Shown here in pieces: positions 51,990-62,831 of a stretch of DNA of 64,000 bases. The notes under the pieces are model-generated. The model ran no database searches, was not told the DNA's origin, and saw only the letters and a program-made list of their open reading frames with translations. The position numbers and the translations under genes are program-made. The DNA comes from Cetorhinus maximus (Eukaryota): positions 9,424,001-9,488,000 of the forward strand of contig NC_135903.1 of NCBI RefSeq assembly GCF_964194155.1, read 5' to 3'. Each line of letters begins with the position of its first letter. The first letter of the stretch is position 1.

Positions 51990-52760
51990 GGGAGCACAGA
52001 GCTTGGATGGGGCTGGTATAAAAGGAGATTGTGCAGTGGGGAGGTGATACTATATCAGAGGGGTGGAAGGTCAGAGAGATCATGGAGGTCCAAGAGATCG
52101 CCGGGGTTGGAGGGGAGGGGTGAGTCAGCTGACTTCATGGAGATCAGCGGGTCATGTGGAAGGAGGGATTGCTGGAGTAAGGGGTGGTAACCAATTGTGT
52201 GAAGAGAGTAACTGCAGGGATGGGGGAAGGAGGAGGAGGGCATTCAGCAGGGTTGGAGGTAGCCAGTTACTGGGAAGGGAGAGATCACTGCAGGTTTACT
52301 CAGGATCTCGGGAGGAGGAGGAGGTGGGAGGCATGCACCCCTGTTCCTCCAGGCTCATGAGCAGTGCTGCAAAAATACCTACCAATAACACCTCCCATTC
52401 TGATCCAAGCATTGGAGATGCAACACCTGCCCTTTTACCTCCTCCCTTCCCACAGTCAACGGCCCAAACCACTCCTTTCTGGGTGCAACAACAATTTACT
52501 TGCAGCATTGCTGAAGAGAGAGGCATCTCAAAGCTTTTCATTTTGCACTCATCAGGACATTTCGCAAGAATGCCAATATAAGGGGAAAACAACAATTTAT
52601 ACTGTAGAAGAAGAAAGTGCTGATTGGTTGGCAAATGGACTCTGATTGATAGAGGTGTTGCCATGGAGAATGCACTACTGATGGTAACTGACAGTTAACT
52701 GCCAAGCATTGTTTGAAATTTAAATCAGGCAGCTTGTCCCTGATTGGTTGTCAACGTAGT
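51990..52760 (-). mobile_element. Probable second Penelope-like element fragment (terminal repeat with hammerhead and CCAAT repeats, then low-complexity region)
   Basis: Repeated ctgattgg boxes (52620-52750) upstream of a minus-strand hammerhead motif, followed by a pyrimidine-rich minus-strand segment. No RT or GIY-YIG seen, so the class is inferred from the ribozyme. Confidence 0.5.
52525..52560 (-). ncRNA. Minimal type I hammerhead ribozyme motif (family 2)
   Basis: Minus strand: AUGUC-CUGAUGA-GU gcaaa AU-GAAA-AGCU-U-U-GAGAU; canonical core, palindromic stem III AAGCUU, stem I with one mismatch. Confidence 0.7.
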
Positions 52761-55700
52761 TCTTAGCACTCAGGATTATTTAGCAAATGTTGTTCATGGA
52801 ACCATCTCTAGCGTTGGACACTATGTTTCGAGTTTTGCAAGTGCGGGCTGGTTGGGTACAATCTGTAGCTTACCCATTACAAACAGCAGCTGGGACACGC
52901 TGTTTGATACGATCCATGGGTCTTTGGGACATACAGCCTACATACCTAGCATCACACTGGCACTGAAGTTCATATACCACATTACTCATTTGTGTGATAG
53001 GCAGAATGTCTCAATTGTCACATATCTTTTTATTGCATCTGTGTCTGTGGAGTGATCTTGAGCTGTAATAATCTGGTCTATGTTTCCCCTCTCCACCCCC
53101 CTCCAAGTCTGAGTTCATAGGTTCAGGTCGTCTGGAGGCCTTGAAACCCTTCCATATCTCATTGGCATTACTGTCGGAGGAGAAGGTAAACTCTGTTGAT
53201 TTGGGAGGTTGTTCGGGCATCTGGGTATCTTCATCGGCATCTCTGCGCAGTGCTGTTAGAATGGGCGATATAGGGATGAGGAGAAAGCTCCTCTGGTTTC
53301 TCCTGGCTGTACCCTCTGGGGTGCCAACCAGCTAGGACGGGGGTTTGTCATCGTCCTTCCTGATGATTGTACCATCTCTCTCTCTCTCTCTCTCTCTCAA
53401 GGTCTTTAATCCAGATCTGGTCATCACTTTGTGGTTGTGGCGAGTGTCGGTTGCGGTACCTTTTGTTGTAGGTGAAAGCCTACTTCTGCCTGTAGGACTG
53501 CTCTCTTGCTTGGATGTCCTGGTAATCCTTGGTTACTAACCCTGGTATTAGTTTTTTCAGCAGGATTGGAAGTTGTGTGCAGAGTTTCCTGCCATCAGGA
53601 GTTCAGATGGAGGCAGGCCACATTGTAATGGGCTGGAACTGTAGGTTAGCAATACTATGGGAAAGTCCTTATGCTTTTTTAAAGATGGCTTTTACAGTGC
53701 GGACCCCTCTTTCCGACTCCCCATTTAACTGTGGGTATTGCAAGGAGCTGGTATCATGGTAGAAGCCTGACGTGGTGGCGAAGTGCACAAAGTACTCATT
53801 TGAAAATTGTGGGCCGTATCGGACACGATCTCATCCAGGATGACGTGGCTCACAAACATCTCTTTCGGTGTCTTAATTACTGCCTCTGTGGTAATCATAT
53901 ATAGTTGCTTCACCTCAACCCATCTGGAAAAGTAATCCACCACTATAAGGAACAATTTGCTGTTGAAGACAAATAGGTCGATGCCCAGCCTCTCTCTCAA
54001 CCTTGTAGAGAACTGTGTGAGGATGAGGGGCTCTCTTTGGTTCTGCCTGTGCAGTACATACACCTGACAGTTTGCTATGGTGTCCTAAGTTGCCTTGGAA
54101 ATGCCTGGCCACCAGGCAGTGGATTGGGCCCATGCCCTGCCCTGGTATATTTTTGAAGGATCTCTGGCTGAAGGGAAGCCGAGATGACCAGCCCGCTCAT
54201 TGTAGGCCAGGAGACCATGAAGTGTTTTTGTTGTTTGAACCAAGCTTTCATGGTACCACCACTTGGTCTCTGTTGTGGCCATACTTGTTGGTGGTAACAG
54301 CAAATATAAGCACACTCCTCAACACGCATTTGATACTGGTGAATCTATTGGAGTTTATTGGTGGTCGCTGGCAGATATCTCTGTCAATTGGGGTACGCTT
54401 CCAGTTCTTTGATGAGATTGACGCCCTGTTTTGTTGGAAGGCCTGTGGCCCTGGAAAGTGTGTCTACAGTTGTTTGCTTTTTAACCTTGGACGTACACGA
54501 TCTGGTAGGCAAACCTCATGAGGTGTAGGCAGAATCTCTGGATTCTGGGAGGCATCTTTGCTAGCTCTTTCCGATCCAGTAATGAGACTTATAGTCTGTT
54601 TTGATTGTCACCTTGAGGCCAATGACGTAGTTTGAAAACATCCCCCATGCCCATGTGATGGTGTATCTCATCTCTGCATCCAACAGCCCTCTGGAAGCGT
54701 AGTACAGTGGTTGGCAATTTCCATTTAGTTGTTCCCTGAATAGGGCCGCTCCAAAGCCCCTGGACAAAGCATCCGCTGTTATGGTGGTGGGCAGGGATGG
54801 GTCATGATGGGCCAGCATGTCAGTGGAGAGCATCATTGCCTTGATGCGAGTGAATGCTTGCTCTTGATGGGAGTCCCAGCACCATGCCTGGTCTTTCTTA
54901 AGCAGATGCCTCAAAAGGTTTTGTGGCCTGTGCCAAATTTGATAAAAATGTTGCCAGCTAGTTCACCATCCCCAAGAATTACTGGAGGTCTGGAATCGAG
55001 ATAGGGTTGGGAACTCACTAATAGCTTTATTTTTCAGTGGGTGATGCCTTTGTTACTGATGATGTGGCCCAGGAACCAGATGGATATTTTGGAGAACTCC
55101 CATTTCTTATTCAGTGTCAGCCCTGCTTCTTGCAGATGCTCCAAGGCTGCTGTGAGTCTCTTGTCCTGTTCCTCCACCACTGTACCGTGAACCAATGCAT
55201 CGTGGCAAATGACCCGCTGCAGGCCCTGCAAAATGGCCGATATCATATTTTAAAACATTTCTGGCACCAAAGTGATTCCAAATGGCAGGCAGTTAAAGCA
55301 GAATCTGCCAAAGTGGGTAATGAATGTGGACAGCAGCCTGTACTCTTCGTCAAGGGGCAGTTGCCAAAAGCTACTGTTGGCGTCCAGCTTTGAAAATACC
55401 GTGCTCTTCAAAAGTTTAGTCAGGCTTTCATCCACTGAGGACATGGAATGTACTTCTCTGGCTACAGCTTTATTGAGCTGCGTCAGATTGATACAAATAC
55501 AAATGGACCCGTTCAGTTTTTGGAACACCATGTGGCTGTTTTGTGACTGGGGAGATGACTCCCATGTTTGTCATCTTGTCCAGCTGCTGCAATTTCAGGA
55601 GTGGGTAGGGAATCTTTCATGGTGTGAATAGGAACACGGGTTTAGCATCCTCCCTCAGCGTGATCTTGTGTGCGTTTTGCCATCGGTCTAGTCCTGTAAA

Positions 55701-56305
55701 GAGCTTCAAGAACTCATTTTTATACTTGGAGACTGGTCCTCATTCATTGACCTGGTCAATTTTTTTGCAGAAGGTTAAACTCAACACAGGCTTTGCGGCT
55801 TAACAGTGAACAGTCCTGGTTGTGAACCACGAACAGGATCTCTTGGATCCTTTTATCCTCGTACCTCAGTGTCACCTTTAGGGTGCCTTTCACCGGGAGA
55901 TTTGTGCCTCCTGCTCTGTATAGGGGTGTCATGGGTGGCATCAGCCATCGGGTCACCAGCCATGGTTCTCTGTCCGACAGAACCGTAACACTGGCCCCCG
56001 TGTCCAATTTAAAGTTTGTGAGATGGCTGTTAATCAACAAGTCCACATTCTAATATGAAAATTCTAGATTTTTGATTCACTCAAGAAGCATGGCTGCAGG
56101 TCCTCTTAGTGTGCAGTCTCTACCTCATGAATCATCTTTGGGTCTTCTGCACATTTAAATAGTTTGGCCTTGCACAGTTTGTCAAAGTGTTCAATTCTGA
56201 TACACTGAAAGCACTGGCTGAAATTGCAGGACATTGATCTTGCCTGTGGGGGGCGCTTTGCTCCACAGCTCTGGCATGGTCTCTCTACTGGTCAGTTAAG
56301 GTATT

Positions 56306-56417
56306 AACAGAACTCTTCAGTTCTGTTGAAGGGTCGTGTGGACCCGAAACGTCGACTCTTTTCTTCTCCACCGATGCTGCCAGACCTGCTGAGTTTTTCC
56401 AGGTAATTCTGCTTTTG
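56306..56417 (+). mobile_element. Young short Penelope-type insertion inside Gypsy gag
   Basis: Exact 9-bp TSD taaggtatt (56297-56305, 56418-56426); CpGs retained; 5' micro-inversion aacagaact-cttc-agttctgtt. Confidence 0.9.
56319..56357 (+). ncRNA. Minimal type I hammerhead ribozyme motif (family 1, CUGUUGA core variant)
   Basis: AGUU-CUGUUGA-A-GGGUC gugug GACCC-GAAAC-GUC-GACU: stem I AGUU/GACU, 5-bp stem II, loopless palindromic stem III ACGU, predicted cut after 56353. Confidence 0.7.
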
Positions 56418-57785
56418 TAAGGTATTGCCTCCCTTGGCCTGCAGTGTCCCCATTTCTGTGCTGTTTAACTAACTGGACTGTGGGCTTTCCTTTGTACCAC
56501 TGTTTACTTTCTTCTCTTAAAATGGACCTGTGCTGCACACAGAGTTCAGACTGCCTAACAATGTGGACAGCTTTCTCAAGGGTTAGATCTGCCGTCACTT
56601 GCAGCAAGTCTGAGAGTGCATTGTCTGCTGTTCCTACTATTCTATCCCTGATAAATTCAGATTTTAGGTCTCCGTCTTTGCAGCCTTCAGCCATCCTGTA
56701 CAGATCATTAATGAATGAGTCAACAGGTTCTCCTGGCTTCTGGACACATTTATTAAATTTAACCCTTTCGAGGATTTTGTTACTTCTTAGGTTAAAATAA
56801 ACATCCAATGATTTTAGTGCTTGTTCAAATTTAGCAGATGATGTGTTGATTCCTTGTCTAGCAATAATGTTGTCTGCTATTGGGCCTATTGAGTAAAGCA
56901 GCATGTTAACTTGTTAAGCTTCCATCTTTTTATCCAGACCTGAAACAATCATGTATCTAAGTAAACTTTTGCTCCAAAGTCCCCAGTTACATATTTGATG
57001 TGGGCCTTGGATAAGTCTAAATTGATCTAGAAGAGTGGATTCCTGATCCATGGTTAAAAGATTTTAAAGTGTAGGTTCAGCTTTAAGAAGTTGCTGAAAT
57101 TCAAGATGGCGCCGCATTAATTTGAAGACAAAGGGTTTTCCTGCGCTTGCCAGTTTGGCAGGCTCCCGCTTCAATAGCGCTCACGCTCAGCCTTGAAAAA
57201 GTTTTAAACAATGGTTGCTTGGATCAACTAGCTGCAGACTTCTCTGTTCCAGTGCTATGTTTTAGAGTCACAAAAGCATCAAATCCCGTTCTTTAATGGC
57301 CTTTAAAGCTGATTCTTTAGTTGTAATTCTTCCAAATTAATTAATTACTAATTTTTCTTTTCGGTGCGAGCTCGGACACCATGTTTTCAGGTGCCATCGC
57401 AGGAATGTGTTTTTTCTGACTGAGTTTTTAAATGGCAATTTATGACCACTGAACAATTTAAAAGTTTCTCAGGGCTTGGCTGTATCCTGGAATTTAAAGG
57501 TTTTAGTTTACCTCTGCTAGGTCTGCTGACTCTGCACTCTGAGTACTGAAGGTGGACTTCCACGGAATTCAATGGAGTCTTCTGCTGCAGTGAGGAATTT
57601 AATTTCTGTCTTCGGCTTCCAAGCCTTTCTTTGAAGCTTTTCTCTAGACGATTTCCTTCTGCCTTCATTTCTTGAGCTTTCTTCAGGTCAGAATGCTTTT
57701 TCAAATTTTTCTTTAGTCATGCAGGATTTTAGTTTTTTTTCTGCATTTTTGGCAAGGGTTTGGGTTTTTCCATTTGCTGCCATCG

Positions 57786-58064
57786 TGTTGGGTGCATGGG
57801 TGTTGGATACCTTTTGGTAGGTCTTAACAAAGGCCTCATTGTCTTAAGTAGGTTAACTGTATGTATTTATTAACAAGAACTATGTACATATATACAGTCA
57901 AGGGTTCAAGCTAGGAGCAGTCTCCATGCTTGCTTGTGCACATGGTTTTGTCCATCACTAGACTGACTCCTAGATGCGGGTCATGTGTTCTCTTGCATCA
58001 CTGTGTGGGCAGTACTGTACTCAGACCCATATTAACCCTATATGTGCCAGACCCTTATACTATA
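57786..58064 (-). mobile_element. 5' LTR of a minus-strand Gypsy element
   Basis: On the minus strand it ends ...ccaaCA followed by PBS-like TGGCAGC; AATAAA near 57866; outer boundary approximate. Confidence 0.65.
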
Positions 58065-58069
58065 TAGGT

Positions 58070-58490
58070 GATGCATCTGCTGCTATGGTCGGCAGTTCTG
58101 GATTGTGGTGTGCTAAAATTTCAGGAGAAATTAGATGATCTTTGATCTCAAAAACATTTTGCTGGTCCACATTCCAGGTTCTCAATAGCTGTCTCAGTGG
58201 CTCATTGGGTTTCTGTAAAATCTGGTAGGTTGATCATTCCTAGGCATCTCTGTAGCGCTATAAAATATTCTTGGGTTGTGGAAACTCTCCAATCACTTTT
58301 GTTTTCTGTGGGTTGGCTGTCATTCCTGAGAATTGCATGATGTGCCCTAAATGTTTAATTATAGGTTTTGCAAATTCACATTTCTTGTTCATTGTCAAAC
58401 CTGCATCCTTTAGAGCTTTCAGGACTACTCTCACTCTCCAGTCATACTGCCCACTCATGGAGCCATGTACAGTATGTCATCCATGTAACA
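58070..58490 (-). mobile_element. Gypsy RT fragment
   Basis: ORF 58258-58458 (VLKALKDAGLTMNKKCEFAKPIIKHLGH). Confidence 0.85.
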
Positions 58491-59328
58491 ACAAGGGGTC
58501 AGCCAGACCGACAAAGTGGTGATCTGGAATGGTTACAGTACCAAAGTCTAATGATTCAATTAGAACCTGTATGGCCTTGACTCAATTAAACAAGTCAGTG
58601 GAGCTTGAGACCCACATGAATAAAGTCTTGGCAAATTAGCAAAAGGCACCTTTTCACAAAATTTGATGCTAACAGCAGCTTCTGGCAGTTGACCCTAGAC
58701 AACGATTCAAAATTGCTAACGACTTTTATCCCCCATTTGGTCGTATTCTTTCAACAAGTTACCATTTGGGATTGCTTCTGCACCTGACATATTCCAAAAA
58801 AACTATGTCTCAGATCCTGGAAGGCATGGAAGGAGTAACATGCCACATGGACAACATCCTCTTTTACGGCTCAAAGGAAGGACATGACCATCGTGTGAGA
58901 ACAGTCCTCGAAGTCCTACAAGCAGGAGGTTTAGAATTGTGAATTTGCAAAGATTATGATAAAATTCTTAGGGCACATTGCACAAGCTTCGGGAATTACA
59001 GCTGATCTGCAGAAAACCAAGGGCATAAGAGAGCTCCCACAGCCTAAAAACATCACAGAATTAGAAAGATTCCTTAGGATGGTCAATCAAGTAGGCAAGT
59101 TCCTATCAAACTTGGCAGAAATCAACGCGTTGTTATGGCAGCTTTGAGACAAGGTCACTGGAGCTGAAATGTGGACCAGTAAAATGCTTTTTGACAAGAT
59201 CATAAATCTCCTAACTTCGCCAGAAATTCTAACACACTGTGATCCAGAGTTGCCAATAAGTGTAGCAGTGGGTGCATCGACAGGCTTGGACCCAGTGCTG
59301 TTTCAAAAAAATGGTCAAGGATGACTAG

Positions 59329-60918
59329 TGTTAGAATCATATCTCTCAAGACTGAATTTTTCTTTTACAATATGGAAGGACATGGCATGATCAGCACATC
59401 TGGATGTTAACTTGTGATTTTTTTTTGAAAAGGTCGCAAGTTCACATTGGATCTGTCAGCAAGCAGGTCTCTTCCAAGAAATCACCTGACCTTTATGGTA
59501 CTTGAGGAAGATCTGGTTGTTAGTTTAAACTGCAATCATTTTAATTGATGGAGAAAAAAAGGTGAAGGTTGATAACTTGCTGGGAATCACATGGGAAAGA
59601 GGGGAAAAAAAACCTTAATTTGTGAACCTGCTTATTTTGGGAGGCAGTTTTTGTGAGAACAAGCTGAGGAAAGAAGGCACCCTCTCTCTACCTTGCCTGA
59701 ACTTGTGTGTAGCTATCAACCTGTCAACCTCATCTGAGTGTAACCAGTCTGCATTCAAACTTGCAAAGCTGAGATCAATTGGTGGGAACTTCCAGATATC
59801 TACCAGGACCAGATGCCTGTCTGCACACAAGAGAACTCCAGGTTGACAACATCGAGACCCTGCGGACTTTATCCTTTATTTTATAACACTCAGTTTCCAA
59901 AGCCCATCTCTTCAGAAAGACAATGGGCAGAATTTTGCCCTTGATGGGCGGGCAGGCCCCACCAGCTCAGCGGTGGGCGGGCAGCTGATCGCCGCCGCCA
60001 AATGGGCCCTGCTGCTATTTTAAGTGGGCGGGCCAATTAAGGCCCGCCCAGTGGGCTGCCCGACGGGAAGCACTATGCGCTTCCTGTGCGGGGAGGTGAG
60101 GGATTCCCCAACAATCAAAGTGCGGTCTTTCACTCATGCGCACAAAAGAGTGCACATTTCCCTGAGACTAAGTGCTGTCTCAGGGAGATCACTGACAGTG
60201 TTTTAAATATCAAAAATAGAAAAATAAAAAAATTAACATGTCCCCCTCATGTGACAATGTCACACGAGATGGGACATGTTAATAAATATGAGTAAAACTT
60301 TATTAAACATTTTAAAAACAGACATGAAACCTCATCTCGTCAATGGGTGAGGTTTCATGTTTTTTCAGAAGCCCGCTGGGGCTCCTGGCCTGCCCACCAA
60401 CCTTAAGGTTGGACAGGCAGGGCCTTTAATTGGCTTAATTATCCTGTCAATGGCCTCAATTGGCCATTGACAGGTCTGCGGGCAGACAGCTGATTGCTCT
60501 GTCCATCCGCCTTCCTGAATATTTAAATGGGGCGGGATGATGTCGGGGGTTCCCCCCAATGTCATCCCGCATCATTTTCGCGTCGGTGAGCGGGCCCCGC
60601 CCCCAGCTCGCCGACGAGAATTTCTGGCCTGTTTGTGTGTGCGCTGGGGGAATTCTTTAGGAAGATATAGTTATTCTTCCTGATTACAATTGTGTGTTAA
60701 CCAGTACTTGCAACTTGTTAAAAAACGTTTTGTTTTAAAAACTAATCATTCTGAGTTTTTGAAAGAAGCCTGGTCAGAGTCGCTTTTTCCTGGGTACTAG
60801 AGGTATAGGTACACAATTGGCCTTTTTAGTGAGAAAATGAAACATTTAAATGAATGGTATGGCCTGCGGAGTAGTGGGGTTTGATAATTCACGCACTCCT
60901 CCCATCCCGGTTGTAACA
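59329..60918 (+). mobile_element. Solo LTR A (~885 bp without its nested MITE)
   Basis: TGTTA...TAACA termini and exact 4-bp TSD CTAG (59325-59328, 60919-60922). Orientation tentative. Confidence 0.8.
59925..60629. mobile_element. PIF/Harbinger-like MITE, copy 3 (opposite orientation to copy 1)
   Basis: Ends gggcagaattttgccc / gagaatttctggcc; closely similar to the reverse complement of 4940-5649. Right TSD not preserved. Confidence 0.85.
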
Positions 60919-60931
60919 CTAGTTTATCACT

Positions 60932-61709
60932 TGTTATGGCACAGTGATGGTAAATGCTCAGCTGTTGAAATCCCAGAGGGAAACTTGAAACAACTGCCAC
61001 AACTATTTTACAATTTGTATTTATTTCGAGATGCGTGCCTTGAATTCAGTAGTAATAAGACTTATAGGTTTCTTATAAAACTAAATTAAATCTTTATTAA
61101 TAAAAAGATGATTTTAAGCACACAAATTACTACCATGATAACTCCTAGCTCCCCTGGTTAATCTAACTCCCAGTTACACCTCCGTAAAGGCAACAGTAAA
61201 ACACACAGATTTTAAAAGACCCAGGCAACGTAACATGATACCCTGGACAGTCGAATTCAAAGTGTTTTCTTCACTTCAGTTTGTGTAGACAGCAACGTGA
61301 GGCTTAGAGGCTGGAGGCTTTTCACACTTGTTAGGTCTTGGAATGCCTTCCTCTTACACGTGACTTTTCAACTCTACTTTTCTAATATAAAAATCTTAGT
61401 ACCAATTTTATCAGTAAGCTTTGAAAAAAATAAACACACTATTTGATTTCTTCTGGCTAAGTGTTAACATTTCACCACCTCTTTTGAAATTCAAATTACT
61501 CGGGTTTTATCTAAAAATGCAAATATTCCCTCCACTTCACATTCAAAAACTTCAGCCATGTTTACCTATTTAATATTTCAAGCCTAGTTTCTCTTCTGAT
61601 ACATCAAAGCTTTCAATTAAGTCCCACACACACACACAGACACAGGCACACACTATACCTACCTTAAAATAAATTCCAATAACATGAAAATGATTATATT
61701 TTCCTGACA
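60932..61709. mobile_element. Solo LTR B (~780 bp)
   Basis: TGTTA...TGACA termini, flanks cact/tatt (imperfect TSD); removing it rejoins the Gypsy RNase H sequence. Confidence 0.65.
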
Positions 61710-62831
61710 TATTCAAGATCTCTCACAGGCACAGAAAAAAGGTACACAATCATTGAGAAAGAAGCATTAGCAGCCACATGGGCCTGTGAGAAGTTCTGAT
61801 TAAGGTTTAAAATTGAAACCGATCACAAACCTTTGGTTACTCTTAACCTAAAGAAATTGGCAAAAAATGCTGCCAAAAATCAATGTCTCAGTCTAAAACA
61901 AGAGATACAATTAATTTACTGAGTTTGTTCAAGGGAAGCACCCAGACAACAGCGGATGCATTACCAAGAATACCAGTAGAAGGAGTCACACTGGTAGATT
62001 TAAATTTTGAGGAAAATGGAAGTATATACTTCACTCATGACCAAATACTTATCAGCTATCAAGAAGAGATGAAAAGAAATTAAGCAAGCACAACAGCAGG
62101 AAGGCAAGTGCATCAAAATACAAGAGTATTGTCGGAATGGATAGCCAGAGTACACTCCAAATAATCCAGTACTTCACCAATACTTCGAACAAAAAAAGTC
62201 TCACAATTGTCGACAATTTCTTAGTTTTTAATGACAAACTAGTCATTCTTAAAATACTTCCCACTTGGCATTCTACAGACAATCCATCAAGGTCACTTGG
62301 GAATAACGAAATACAGAGCAAGAGCCCAACAGTCAGTTTGGTGGCCAGGCGTCAGTTACTCCATTGAAGAATTAATCACAAGTTGTCTTATGTGCGCAGT
62401 GCATGGCCAGCAGCAGAGCGATCTACCTTTCCTACTCGGCCATGGGACTGTCAGGGAATGGATTTTTTGAGTTCAAAGGCAAAGTTAGCGTCATCAGCAA
62501 ATATTACTTCAGATGGTATGAAGTGAACGGGCTGTATAGTACCACAGCGGAGGCAGTAATTACATCACTAAGAAGAATCTTTGCCACACATGCAATCCTG
62601 GGTATTGTGGTGTCAGACAACGGTCCTCAGTTTGCTAATGAGATGTTCCATAACTTTGCTCAGGAATATGGTTTTATGCATGTGACTAGTTGCCTAGATA
62701 TCCTCAATTGAAAGGAGAAGAAGAAAGGGGAGTTCGAAAATTAAGTAATTAATAAAAAAGAATGAAGATATTAACCTTAGCCCTTCTTAACCCACTAAAA
62801 AATGGGTTCTTGCCATCAGAACGATTGATGT

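Larger units (their letters stand above)
53100..57380 (-). mobile_element. Gypsy/Ty3 LTR retrotransposon internal region (gag-PR-RT-RH-INT), degenerate
   Basis: gag 56317-56904 (FIRDRIVG; CCHC-like knuckles ~56170-56280), protease FKLDTGAS, RT SKLDANSSFWQ..LPFGI, RNase H ADALSRGFGAAL..YYASR, integrase GIDLF..VVDYFSRW..IVSD; PR-RT-RH-INT order. Confidence 0.95.
58560..62830 (+). mobile_element. Gypsy pol relic (RT-RH-INT) split by two solo LTRs
   Basis: RT 58560-59330 (KFDANSSFWQ, LPFGI, CHMDNIL, IKFLGH); RNase H resumes at 61710 (YTIIEKEALAATWACEKF); integrase VVSDNGPQF (62403-62711). Confidence 0.9.

Noticed and set aside
52063-52664. 172-aa and 122-aa ORFs as host genes
   Set aside because: Low-complexity, overlapping on both strands, no recognisable domain, inside a probable repeat.
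53375-53398. (CT)n microsatellite as a regulatory element
   Set aside because: Short slippage expansion within decayed Gypsy pol.
56317-56417. Unusual C-terminal extension of Gypsy gag
   Set aside because: It is the antisense translation of the TSD-bounded Penelope-type insert.
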